Assembly (NCBI GenBank): GCA_035534695.1 | Contig: DATLRN010000043.1 | Location: 31-64,030, forward strand | DNA from: Candidatus Dormiibacterota bacterium | Lineage (GTDB): Bacteria > Chloroflexota > Dormibacteria > Aeolococcales > Bog-877 | Direction: 5' to 3' | DNA length: 64,000 nt | Shown: piece after piece, positions 25,610 through 33,603 of the stretch | Position numbering within the stretch: the first letter of the stretch is position 1 | Layout: each line of letters starts with the position of its first letter | Notes under the pieces: model-generated | Database searches by the model: none | Seen by the model: only the letters and a program-made list of their open reading frames with translations | What the model was told of the DNA's origin: nothing | Made by a program: the position numbers and the translations under genes

Positions 25610-26290
25610 TCACCGCTTGCTCGGTGTTGGTGAGACGAGACCGGCTTCGTAGGCGGTGATCACGAGCTGGGCGCGGTCGCGGGCGTCGAGCTTGTCGAGC
25701 AGGTGGGCGATGTGCGTCTTGACGGTGGCGAGGCTGATGTGCAGATGCTCGACGATCTCTGCGTTGGAGAGGCCCGTGGCGATTAGGGTGAGGATTTCTT
25801 GCTCGCGGGCCGTGGTGTCGGCGACGTCATGGGCGGGCGGCTGGGAGGGTTGGGGCTGGCGGGCGAACTCGGCAATGAGGCGCCGAGTGATGGTCGGGGC
25901 GAGGAGTGCGTCGCCAGCGGCGATGACGGTGATGGCGTTGAGCAGGCTGGCGGGGGTCGTGTCTTTGAGCAGGAAGCCTGAGGCGCCGGCACGCAGCGCG
26001 TCGTAGACGTAGGCGTCGAGGTCGAAGGTGGTGAGGACCAGGACGCGCGCGTGGCTGGTTTCTGGGCAAGTGCAGATGCGCTTGGTCGCCTCGATGCCGT
26101 TCATCTCGGGCATACGGACGTCCATGAGGATCACGTCGGGGTGCTCGCTGCGGCTCAGCTCGACCGCTTCGGCGCCGGTGGCTGCTTCACCGACCACGGG
26201 GAGGTCGGGGGCGGTTTCGACCAGGACGCGGAAGCTGCCCCGCACGAGGGCTTGATCGTCGGCGATCAGAACCCGAATCGGCGTGCTCAA
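25610..26290 (-). CDS. NarL/FixJ (LuxR)-family two-component response regulator
   Basis: IRVLIADDQALVRGSF...PDVILMDVRMPEMNGIEA (receiver) and LTAREQEILTLIATGLSNAEIVEHLHISLATVKTHIAHLLDKL (LuxR HTH). The TTG start overlaps the stop of the HK remnant in TTGA. Confidence 0.9.
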   Translation of the reverse strand: MSTPIRVLIADDQALVRGSFRVLVETAPDLPVVGEAATGAEAVELSRSEHPDVILMDVRMPEMNGIEATKRICTCPETSHARVLVLTTFDLDAYVYDALRAGASGFLLKDTTPASLLNAITVIAAGDALLAPTITRRLIAEFARQPQPSQPPAHDVADTTAREQEILTLIATGLSNAEIVEHLHISLATVKTHIAHLLDKLDARDRAQLVITAYEAGLVSPTPSKR

Positions 26291-26415
26291 CGGGATCCCA
26301 CCGAGTAGGGGAAACGGGCTTTAACCCGGAAGCCGGCACCGTCCAGAGGGCCGGCTTCCAGCTCCCCCCCGCAGACGAGCGCTCGTTCCCGCATCCCGGC
26401 GAGGCCGTGGCCGGG
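26287..26415 (-). pseudogene. Histidine kinase remnant: only the last ~43 codons (end of HATPase_c) remain
   Basis: GHGLAGMRERALVCGGELEAGPLDGAGFRVKARFPYSVGSR* is the canonical C-terminus of NarX/DesK-type kinases. Everything upstream in this frame is antisense to an ABC ATPase fragment. Confidence 0.65.
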
Positions 26416-26791
26416 CGCCGGCTGGCGGGCGGGTTCTCGCTGGGGATGCGCCAGCGGCTCGGGATCGCCGCCGCGCTGCTTGGCGACCCCGGCCGTGTTG
26501 ATCTTCGATGAGCCGGTCAACGGGCTCGATCCCGACGGTATCCGCTGGGCCCGCCAGCTGATGCAGGCCCTGGCCAAGCAGGGGCGCACCGTGCTGGTCT
26601 CCAGCCATCTGGTCACCGAGATGGAGCTCACGGCCGACCGAGTCGTGATCATCGGTCGGGGCCAGCTCATCAACGACTCCTCCCGGGCGGACCTGGCCGC
26701 CCGCTACGCGACCCTGGAAGAGGCGTACCTGCAGCTCACCGCTGGCAGCACCGACCACCGGGCCCAGTGGCCCCGAACGCCGGGGCAGTGA
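26395..26791 (+). pseudogene. ABC transporter ATPase remnant: 5' half (Walker A, Q-loop) missing, plus a 1-nt frameshift
   Basis: One frame reads ...AGRRLAGGFSLGMRQRLGIAAALLGDP (ABC signature). After an extra C in gaccccggcc (about 26486-26490), a second frame reads AVLIFDEPVNGLDPDGIRWARQLMQALAKQGRTVLVSSHLVTEMELTADRVVIIGRGQL (Walker B, D-loop, H-loop). Confidence 0.7.
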
Positions 26792-27540
26792 TGACGAGAC
26801 TCCTGTACGCAGAGTGGATCAAGCTGCGCTCGGTCCGGTCGACCTACCTAACGTTCGGGCTTACCTTGCTGATCTCGGTCGGTGGTGGGGCGGCCATCGC
26901 CGCGTCGGTCGGCACCGCGGTCAAGGACGGCCACTGGTACGGTGTCTACGATCCCACTGCAGCGAGCTTCTACGCCCTCCCCTTCGCCCAGCTCGCACTT
27001 GCCGTGGGCGGGGTGCTCGCCGCCTCGTCGGAGTATGCGACCGGTACGATCCGGACCAGCCTGACCGCGGTGCCCCGACGCGGCCGCTTCCTCGCCGCCA
27101 AGGCCATGGTGTTCACACTGGTCGCGCTGGCCGTCTGCGAAACCACCACCTTCTGCTGCTTTTTCGTCGCTCAGTGCCTCCTCGCCGCCAACGCCGCCCA
27201 CGCCGCGCTCGGCCAGCCTCACGTCGCCCAAGCCATCATCGGAACCGGCATCGACCTCACCCTAATCGGCCTGCTCGGACTCGCGCTCGGAAGCCTCCTG
27301 CGCCATGCCGTCCCGGCCATCGCCGTCATCGTCGTGCTGCTGTTCATCCCCTACGAAGCGCTCGACGCACTGCCAACCTGGCTCCAGAAGTACCTTCCCA
27401 CCCTCGCCTGGAACCAGATCAGCAACGTCATTCCCGCCCCTCACGCCCTGCCCGCCTGGATCGGGCTCGGACTGATGGCCGCCTTCACCGCTGCCGTGCT
27501 CACCGCAGCCCTCATCCGCCTATGCACCCAAGACGCCTGA
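26791..27540 (+). CDS. ABC-2 type transporter permease (apparently intact)
   Basis: MTRLLYAEWIKLRSVRSTYLTFGLTLLISVGGGA... with six hydrophobic segments. The ATG overlaps the stop of the ATPase remnant in TGATG. Confidence 0.75.
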   Translation: MTRLLYAEWIKLRSVRSTYLTFGLTLLISVGGGAAIAASVGTAVKDGHWYGVYDPTAASFYALPFAQLALAVGGVLAASSEYATGTIRTSLTAVPRRGRFLAAKAMVFTLVALAVCETTTFCCFFVAQCLLAANAAHAALGQPHVAQAIIGTGIDLTLIGLLGLALGSLLRHAVPAIAVIVVLLFIPYEALDALPTWLQKYLPTLAWNQISNVIPAPHALPAWIGLGLMAAFTAAVLTAALIRLCTQDA

Positions 27541-27555
27541 ACTGGACCACGGGAC

Positions 27556-27660
27556 GGTGCGGTCTCGCGGGAGACGCTGTATGGGTGGCTGCGGCGATGG
27601 ACGGTGGAGCGGGAGAAAAGGCTCTCGGACCGGTCCTCGCGGCCCCAGGTGGTGGTGTCC
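27556..27660 (+). mobile_element. IS481/IS3-type transposase N-terminal HTH stub (~33 codons)
   Basis: One frame reads SRETLYGWLRRWTVEREKRLSDRSSRPQ, resembling VSRxTvYxWLxRYxxxGxxgLxDRSxRP of IS481-like transposases. No catalytic domain follows. Confidence 0.4.
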
Positions 27661-27707
27661 GCGAACCTAGGTAGTCGTTCTGCCCCAGCTGCCGTTACCC
27701 TAACCGA

Positions 27708-27905
27708 ATGCTAAGCGGGCTGGGCGCTCATCGAGTTCCACTCGGCTTGGCTGCAGCACTGTTTTTTGTATCCGCCTTGGCTTTGTCTTGGACCGAGGGC
27801 GCGGACCACTTAACCTTGCAAATTCTGGCTATGGGACTCGGTTTGGTGGCGTGCCTGTTGGCTGCTCTGGCGGCCGGGGTTGGCCGGCGGCAGACTCCGC
27901 CCTAG
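27708..27905 (+). CDS. Possible small two-TM membrane protein
   Basis: MLSGLGAHRVPLGLAAALFFVSALALSW...LQILAMGLGLVACLLAALAAGVG. The support is hydrophobicity only. It overlaps the thiolase stop convergently. Confidence 0.3.
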   Translation: MLSGLGAHRVPLGLAAALFFVSALALSWTEGADHLTLQILAMGLGLVACLLAALAAGVGRRQTPP

Positions 27906-29065
27906 GAGAGACGCTCCAGGATCATTGCCATTCCCATCCCGCCCCCCACACACATGGTTTCCAGACCCAGCGTTTTGTCTCGAGTACGTAGCCCATTAAG
28001 CAAGGTGCAAGTTATCCGAGCACCAGTCATGCCGAAGGGATGGCCAAGCGCGATAGATCCGCCAAACGGGTTGAGTCGGTCCTCGCTGGGGTCTAGGCCG
28101 ATACCCCTGGCGGCGGGAATAACCTGGGCCGCGAAAGCCTCGTTGATCTCGACGATATCCATGTCTTTCAGGGTCAAACCTGTGCGAGCGAAGACCTTCT
28201 CAGTCGCCGGAATCGGTCCCAGTCCCATGTACTCGGGTTCGACGGCGGCCACGGCTGTGCCCACGATCCGGGCGAGCGGGGCGATCCCCAAGTCGTGCGC
28301 CCGCTCCAGGGACATCACGATCACTGCGGCGGCGCCATCGTTGAGCGGGCAAGCGTTGCCCGCGGTGACTCGGCCTCCCTCCTTGAACACGGGCTTTAGG
28401 GTGGCCAGCACCTCGGCTGTGGTATTCGGGCGGGGACCGTCGTCACGATCGATGATACGTCCGTCCCCGGTTGTCACCGGGATGATCTCGCGGCCGAAGA
28501 AACCGTCCCTCTGAGCTGCTACCGCGCGGTTCTGGCTACGCGCCGCAAACCGATCCATCTCCTGGCGGCTGATGTTCTCGCGCTCGGCGACGTTCTCGGC
28601 GGTCAGCCCCATGGGTAAGTAGAGGTCAGGGAAGCCTTCGGCGTTGCCCGGCATCAGTCGCGGGTTGCGCGCCTCGGCGGGGTCGGAGGTTCCGTTGCCG
28701 AACCGGCTCACCGTCTCCACCCCAACCGAGGCGAATACGTCGCCCTCGCCGGCCCGAATTGCGTGGGCGGCCATCCTGGTCGTCTGCAGCGAGGAGCTGC
28801 AGTAGCGGGTCAAGGTGGTGCCGGGGGCGTTGACGCCGGCCAGAATGCTGATCGCCCGGCCCAGGTTGAACCCGGATTCACCTCCGGGCAACCCACAGCC
28901 ACAGATGACGTCCTCGACTTGGCTCGGACTCAGTTCGGGGACCTGGGCGAGAACCTGGCTGAGGATGAACGCTCCCAGATCATCCGGCCGAAAGTCCACC
29001 AAGGAACCCTTGCCGGCCCGGCCGATGGGGGAGCGTCCGGCCGCCACGATCACGGCTTCGGTCAT
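27902..29065 (-). CDS. Acetyl-CoA C-acetyltransferase (thiolase)
   Basis: MTEAVIVAAGRSPIGRAGKGSL..., LTRYCSSSLQ (active-site Cys), NEAFAAQV, GHPFGMTGAR, CVGGGMG. Confidence 0.9.
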   Translation of the reverse strand: MTEAVIVAAGRSPIGRAGKGSLVDFRPDDLGAFILSQVLAQVPELSPSQVEDVICGCGLPGGESGFNLGRAISILAGVNAPGTTLTRYCSSSLQTTRMAAHAIRAGEGDVFASVGVETVSRFGNGTSDPAEARNPRLMPGNAEGFPDLYLPMGLTAENVAERENISRQEMDRFAARSQNRAVAAQRDGFFGREIIPVTTGDGRIIDRDDGPRPNTTAEVLATLKPVFKEGGRVTAGNACPLNDGAAAVIVMSLERAHDLGIAPLARIVGTAVAAVEPEYMGLGPIPATEKVFARTGLTLKDMDIVEINEAFAAQVIPAARGIGLDPSEDRLNPFGGSIALGHPFGMTGARITCTLLNGLRTRDKTLGLETMCVGGGMGMAMILERLS

Positions 29066-29288
29066 AGGGGATCTCCTCAGAGTTTGCGATCGAGACGCGC
29101 CGGCACTGTCCAGGGCATCCTAGTAAGCCTTCAAGAGCGCCCATCTACTGGAGCCAGGTCCGGGTTCGTCCCGGCGGGGCTGCGGCAGACCGCCGCTGAT
29201 CGACGTCCAGACTCCCGCCAGATCGAGCCGCCTGTGTTACTCTGGGGGTGTCCTTCGCCGTTTGTGATGGACCGTTCGCCGCCGCTAA

Positions 29289-29323
29289 CCTCGCGAGCCG
29301 GCCGATCGATAAGGCTCGCGAGG
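29289..29323 (+). promoter_or_regulatory. 11-bp-stem hairpin in the long 5' leader of the cold-shock gene
   Basis: cctcgcgagcc (29289-29299) / ggctcgcgagg (29313-29323), with loop ggccgatcgataa. It lies 31 nt upstream of the csp ATG, inside a 288-bp gap. Confidence 0.5.
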
Positions 29324-29353
29324 AGGGCCGCGCTGCGGCACGGGAGATTGCAG

Positions 29354-29551
29354 ATGCCGATTGGAACAATCAAGTCGATAAACGAGCGTGGATTCGGGTT
29401 CTTGGCCGCCGAGGACGGAGTGGAGTACTTCTTCCACCGTTCCAGCGTGGAAGGCGGAGCCTTCGAGTCCCTGACCAGGGGTTCGCAGGTGGAATTCGAG
29501 ATCGAGGCTAGCACCAGGGGTCCTCGGGCTGGGCGCGTCCGCGCCGCTTGA
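29354..29551 (+). CDS. Cold-shock domain protein (CspA family)
   Basis: MPIGTIKSINERGFGFLAAEDGVEYFFHRSSV contains the RNP1 (GFGF) and RNP2-like motifs. Confidence 0.9.
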   Translation: MPIGTIKSINERGFGFLAAEDGVEYFFHRSSVEGGAFESLTRGSQVEFEIEASTRGPRAGRVRAA

Positions 29552-29976
29552 TGGTTGCGCAGGCCGTCGGCAAGCCGCCGGTCCAGCGCCCCTTTCGTCG
29601 GCTTCATCCGGACCTTCCCGCAGCTCGTAACTCGCTTTACGATCCCTGGCAGTGTGGGTTCCTACACGATGGGCGGCGAAAGACCTGCCTCTTTGACGTG
29701 AGAGATGCCCAGCGCGCAATGCGCGCGCTGGGTTTTCCGCAGGAACTCTGGACGCCACTCAGCGAAGCCCGCATTGCTCACGACGAGTTCGCTCGTCACG
29801 TTGTCGCTGTGCATGAGGCGTTGTCAGTGCACGCCGACACCGCTGAGGCGAGGCGCCGCTCCATGGTCCCCTCGGCGGTAAGGATCGTCCAGAACTACCT
29901 GGGTTGGGCCGACCGCGTTTGCACCCACGGCACCGGTGTGGTCGAGACCGACGACCGGCGCCGACCGATTCCCTGA
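29551..29976 (+). CDS. Hypothetical protein, translationally coupled to csp
   Basis: The ATG overlaps the csp TGA in TGATG. The product contains protein-like segments (AQRAMRALGFPQELWTPLSEARIAHDEFARHVVAVHEAL) but no recognisable family. Confidence 0.35.
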   Translation: MVAQAVGKPPVQRPFRRLHPDLPAARNSLYDPWQCGFLHDGRRKTCLFDVRDAQRAMRALGFPQELWTPLSEARIAHDEFARHVVAVHEALSVHADTAEARRRSMVPSAVRIVQNYLGWADRVCTHGTGVVETDDRRRPIP

Positions 29977-30093
29977 CCCAGCGCCAATCCAGGTCTCGTC
30001 GGGTCGGCCGATGAAGGCCGAACAGTAAGTGATCACAGCTCAAGTCTTCGTGCTTTGATAGCAGGGGACGACAGCCGTGCAGGGAGGCACACC

Positions 30094-30423
30094 ATGGGAT
30101 ACACCAAGGGACTCAGTCACGGACTGGCAATCGGGCTCGCCATCGGAATCTTGACCGCCCCTCGCGCGGGTCGGGAGACCAGGGCGCAGCTGCAGCGGAA
30201 GCTGACCAACACCAAGGAGAAGTCGCAGCGGCTCGGTGAGAAGGTCCAGCAGGGCTGGCAAATCGCTCAGCCAGCGATAGACCGGGCCAGCCAGACGGCC
30301 GGCGACGTCGCTCGAGCCGTCCAGCCGGTCGCCCAGGGCGCCACGGATCGCTTCGTGGAACTGGCCGGCCTCAGTGAGAAGGCGGTCCCGCCGGCGGTGC
30401 CGGGATTCGACCACTCCAACTGA
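30094..30423 (+). CDS. YtxH-domain protein
   Basis: MGYTKGLSHGLAIGLAIGILTAPRAGRETRAQLQRKL is the YtxH signature (hydrophobic helix followed by APxSGxETR). AGGGAGG lies 7 nt upstream of the ATG. Confidence 0.7.
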   Translation: MGYTKGLSHGLAIGLAIGILTAPRAGRETRAQLQRKLTNTKEKSQRLGEKVQQGWQIAQPAIDRASQTAGDVARAVQPVAQGATDRFVELAGLSEKAVPPAVPGFDHSN

Positions 30424-30659
30424 TGGACGACGACGGGCGCACCCCCCAGGAGAGGATCCGCGCCTTCACCGACGCGGTGGACGAGGAGATCCTGACCCCG
30501 ACTCGCCGCTACGTGCGGGGAGTTCGCCGCGGCATCCTCTTGGGGATCGCTCTGGGGTTGCTCTACGCTCCCCGATCCGGGCGCGAGAGCCGCCAGCAGT
30601 TGCAGCGCGCCTGGAGGATGGTGAGCCGCCACCTGCCGGATCGGGGTGCGAGCTCCTAG
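30423..30659 (+). CDS. Second YtxH-like protein
   Basis: GILLGIALGLLYAPRSGRESRQQLQRAW. The ATG overlaps the upstream TGA in TGATG. Confidence 0.6.
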   Translation: MDDDGRTPQERIRAFTDAVDEEILTPTRRYVRGVRRGILLGIALGLLYAPRSGRESRQQLQRAWRMVSRHLPDRGASS

Positions 30660-30671
30660 CCGAGACCTGGG

Positions 30672-31079
30672 TCAGTCGGAGAAGCCAGCTCCGGCGACGA
30701 TCTGGTCTTCGCCGCCGTCCAGACTGCTGGAGGCGCCGTCGGGGTAGTCCGCCATGAACGATGTGCCGCAGCCGCAGGCATTGCGGGCGTTGGGGTTGGC
30801 GAGCCGGAAGCCTCGGCCCCGGTAGCTGTCCTCGAAGTCAAGGACTGAGCCGTCGATCAGGGGCAGGCCGTCCTCTTGGACGACCACCTTAACTCCGTCG
30901 AATTCGGTGAGTACGTCGTCTCCCTGGGCCGTCTCTTCCAGATCAAAGAAGAGCTTGAATCCGCGGCAGCCTCCGAGTCTGACGTCGATCCGAAAAACGG
31001 TTTCCAGCTTGTGGTCCCGCTCCTGCCAGGCTTTGATCTCCTCGATCGCGTCGCGGGTGGCGAGAACTCGAGCGGTCAT
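30672..31079 (-). CDS. HesB/IscA-family iron-sulfur cluster insertion protein with an acidic C-terminal tail
   Basis: RIDVRLGGCRGFKLFFDL ... ANPNARNACGCGTSF carries the three conserved Cys, followed by MADYPDGASSSLDGGEDQIVAGAGFSD. Confidence 0.8.
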   Translation of the reverse strand: MTARVLATRDAIEEIKAWQERDHKLETVFRIDVRLGGCRGFKLFFDLEETAQGDDVLTEFDGVKVVVQEDGLPLIDGSVLDFEDSYRGRGFRLANPNARNACGCGTSFMADYPDGASSSLDGGEDQIVAGAGFSD

Positions 31080-31135
31080 GGCCCGATTGTAGCTCGGGTC
31101 GGAAAGTACGGCCTGGCGTCGCTAGCCTTAGGGCG

Positions 31136-31819
31136 ATGGAAGTCGCTGAACTCTGGCGCTACCCGGTCAAGTCGATGGCGGGAGAGCGGATCAGCGACGC
31201 CGAAGTGGGTGAGCGCGGCATCCCCGGTGATCGCCGCCTGGCCGCTTTCGAGCTGGCGCCCAACCCCAGGGACCATGAGCTGAGCGCTCGCGACGTCCCC
31301 GGGCTGCTTCGCTTTGGGGCCAGCCTGGGATCCGGCTCGGCCCGAGTCTCCGGTCCCGAGGTGAGTTCGGTTGCCTGGGACGACACTGAGCTCCGACGCA
31401 GTCTGAGTCTGGTGTGTCGCCGCCAGCTCGAGGTCCGGCCCATGCCCCAGGGGGCCTTCGACGATTCCCCCATCCTGCTCGTCTATATGGCCACCATGAC
31501 GGCCCTCTCGGAGGAGCTCAGCGCCTACGTCGATCCCCGCCGCTTTCGGGCCAACATCTACTTGACCGGGTCCGGGACCAGCGGACACGCAGAGGCAGAG
31601 CTGGTCGGTCGCGAGCTCCACTGCGGCGACTCCCTGGTTCTCCAGGTGGTCAAGGTCTGTGCCCGCTGCTCGGTTACGACCAGAGATCCCGATACCTGGG
31701 CCAATTGGCCCAGGCTCCTGCGTCATCTCGTTCAAGCCCACGATGAGGTAGTGGGCGTGTACTGCCGGGTCAAGGTCCCCGGGGCGATCGCGGAGGGGGA
31801 GCGTATTGAAGTCGTCTGA
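31136..31819 (+). CDS. MOSC domain-containing protein
   Basis: MEVAELWRYPVKSMAGERI ... RFRANIYL ... CARCSVTTRDPDT (the conserved MOSC Cys). Confidence 0.85.
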   Translation: MEVAELWRYPVKSMAGERISDAEVGERGIPGDRRLAAFELAPNPRDHELSARDVPGLLRFGASLGSGSARVSGPEVSSVAWDDTELRRSLSLVCRRQLEVRPMPQGAFDDSPILLVYMATMTALSEELSAYVDPRRFRANIYLTGSGTSGHAEAELVGRELHCGDSLVLQVVKVCARCSVTTRDPDTWANWPRLLRHLVQAHDEVVGVYCRVKVPGAIAEGERIEVV

Positions 31820-32177
31820 GGCCGCCTACTTCCCCAGGGTCGGTCTGGTGAGCCAAGACCTCATGGTCCGGTCGCGGGTGGAGGCGAGCTTGGCCTTTCC
31901 GTTGGTCGTGGTGGAGGTCGGCGCCGCCCGACTCGAGGGCGGTTTCGACCTGATCCTGCTCGATCTCAACAGGGAGGCCGAGGAGCGGCTCCGTTGGCTC
32001 GCCCGGCTGGTTCCGCTGGAGGAGGCGTCGGAGGTGATCTGTTTTGGCCCCCATACTGAGATGGCTCAGTTGAACCCGGCGGCCATGGCAGCGGGCGCCG
32101 CTCGCTGCGTCGCCAACAGCCATCTGCCCGAAACGCTGCAGCGGTGGCTACGTTCTTGGGGCGGCGGCCCGGCCTGA
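31806..32177 (+). CDS. Hypothetical protein with a CheY-like receiver fold pattern (degenerate)
   Basis: RVGLVSQDLMVRSRVE...FDLILLDLN...VICFGPH resembles a beta-alpha receiver layout. The call is from pattern only. It overlaps the MOSC gene end by 14 nt. Confidence 0.4.
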   Translation: MKSSEAAYFPRVGLVSQDLMVRSRVEASLAFPLVVVEVGAARLEGGFDLILLDLNREAEERLRWLARLVPLEEASEVICFGPHTEMAQLNPAAMAAGAARCVANSHLPETLQRWLRSWGGGPA

Positions 32178-33388
32178 GCGAGGAGAGCAACCATTTGAGC
32201 GTCAGCGATCTCGACCTCCGATCTGAGTCCAGCGCCCTGGCTCCCCAGATGGTGGAGATGCGAAGGCACCTGCACCGGCACCCGGAACTCTCGGGGCAGG
32301 AGACCGGGACGTCTCTTTACATCCTCGGCCATCTCCAGGGCCTGGGACTGGAGCCGGAGCTGCTGCTGGACGGCACCGCCGTGCGAGTTGACATCGTCGG
32401 CACCGGCAAGGGGGGCCGCGGCCTGCTGATTCGTGCTGACAGCGACGCTCTGCCCATCCAGGAGCGCGGTGAGGAGCGCCCCTATCGCTCTCAGGTCGCG
32501 GGGGTGATGCATGCCTGTGGCCACGACGGTCATGTGGCCATCGCCCTGGCCACGGCGGAACTGCTGGCCCGGCACCGTGATCGGTACGGTGGCAGGGCCC
32601 GGGTCATCTTCCAGCCGGCCGAGGAAACCGCCGGCGGAGCCGAGCGGATGATCGAGGCCGGCGTGATGGAGCGGCCCGCGGTGGAGGCAGCCATCGGGCT
32701 TCACCTCTGGAGCGGGCAGCAGGTGGGCCGGGTCGGAGTCCGCAACGGCGCCATCTTCGCCTCCGCAGACGAGTTCGCGGTAGAGATCCGGGGCCGGGGC
32801 GGACACGGTGCCCTACCACACCAGGCGCTCGACCCCATCCCGATAGCCAGCCTGATCGTGCTCGCTCTACAGACGCTGGTCTCGCGGGAGACCTCCCCCT
32901 ACGCCTCCACGGTGGTGACGGTGGGAACCATCAGCGCCGGACAGGCATTCAACGTCATCCCCGAGGTGGCCCAGCTGACGGGCACGGTGCGGGCCTTCAC
33001 CGAGGAGGATCGCGAGCGGCTGCTGCGACGGATCGACGAGGTGGCTCAGGGCATCGCCGGCGCCTTCGGCGCCAGTGCCAGCACCAAGCGGGGAGCCGGA
33101 TGTCCGCCAGTGGTCTGCGACCCGGATATCGCCGACCTGGTTCGATCAGCGGTCGCCCAGTGCCAGGGGGCGGAGCTGGTCGACCCCGAGCCGCTCACCG
33201 TGGGCGACGACGTCGGGCTCTTTCTCCGCCAGGTGCCGGGTTGTTATTTCCTCCTCGGGGCTGGCAACGAGGCGAGCGGAATCACGGCGCCGCACCACCA
33301 TCCTGACTTCGACATCGACGAGGCTTGCCTGCCCCTCGGCGCTGAGGTGATGACCCGGGCCGCCCTCGCCTTCCTGGCGGGTAGCTGA
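32144..33388 (+). CDS. M20D-family amidohydrolase (N-acyl-amino-acid/hippurate hydrolase type)
   Basis: MRRHLHRHPELSGQE, ADSDALPI, MHACGHDGH, FQPAEE, HHHPDFDIDE. The start is probably downstream of 32144, for example the TTG near 32195. Confidence 0.85.
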   Translation: MATFLGRRPGLSEESNHLSVSDLDLRSESSALAPQMVEMRRHLHRHPELSGQETGTSLYILGHLQGLGLEPELLLDGTAVRVDIVGTGKGGRGLLIRADSDALPIQERGEERPYRSQVAGVMHACGHDGHVAIALATAELLARHRDRYGGRARVIFQPAEETAGGAERMIEAGVMERPAVEAAIGLHLWSGQQVGRVGVRNGAIFASADEFAVEIRGRGGHGALPHQALDPIPIASLIVLALQTLVSRETSPYASTVVTVGTISAGQAFNVIPEVAQLTGTVRAFTEEDRERLLRRIDEVAQGIAGAFGASASTKRGAGCPPVVCDPDIADLVRSAVAQCQGAELVDPEPLTVGDDVGLFLRQVPGCYFLLGAGNEASGITAPHHHPDFDIDEACLPLGAEVMTRAALAFLAGS

Positions 33389-33390
33389 TC

Positions 33391-33579
33391 GTGCTCTACA
33401 ACCCGCCGCCGGACACCTGCGATCATTGTCGGCAGCGCCGCGCTGCTTGGCATCTGGTCGATGGCCCGGAGCAGACAGTTAGCCTGACCGGTGGCCGCTC
33501 GGTGATCCGCCGGGGCCGGGTCTACGTCTGCAGTGACTGCGGGCATACCGTTCCTGCCTCCAGCGAAGGCGTGCGCTAG
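33391..33579 (+). CDS. Small zinc-ribbon protein (two CxxC pairs)
   Basis: The 62-aa product is MLYNPPPDTCDHCRQRRAAW...RVYVCSDCGHTV. The GTG start lies 3 nt after the amidohydrolase stop. Confidence 0.5.
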   Translation: MLYNPPPDTCDHCRQRRAAWHLVDGPEQTVSLTGGRSVIRRGRVYVCSDCGHTVPASSEGVR

Positions 33580-33603
33580 GACCTAGATGGGAGCAAGTCG
33601 CCA

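Noticed and set aside
26814-27674. 286-aa alternative-frame ORF over the ABC-2 permease
   Set aside because: It is an Arg/Pro-rich out-of-frame read. The 26791..27540 frame gives a coherent six-TM permease.
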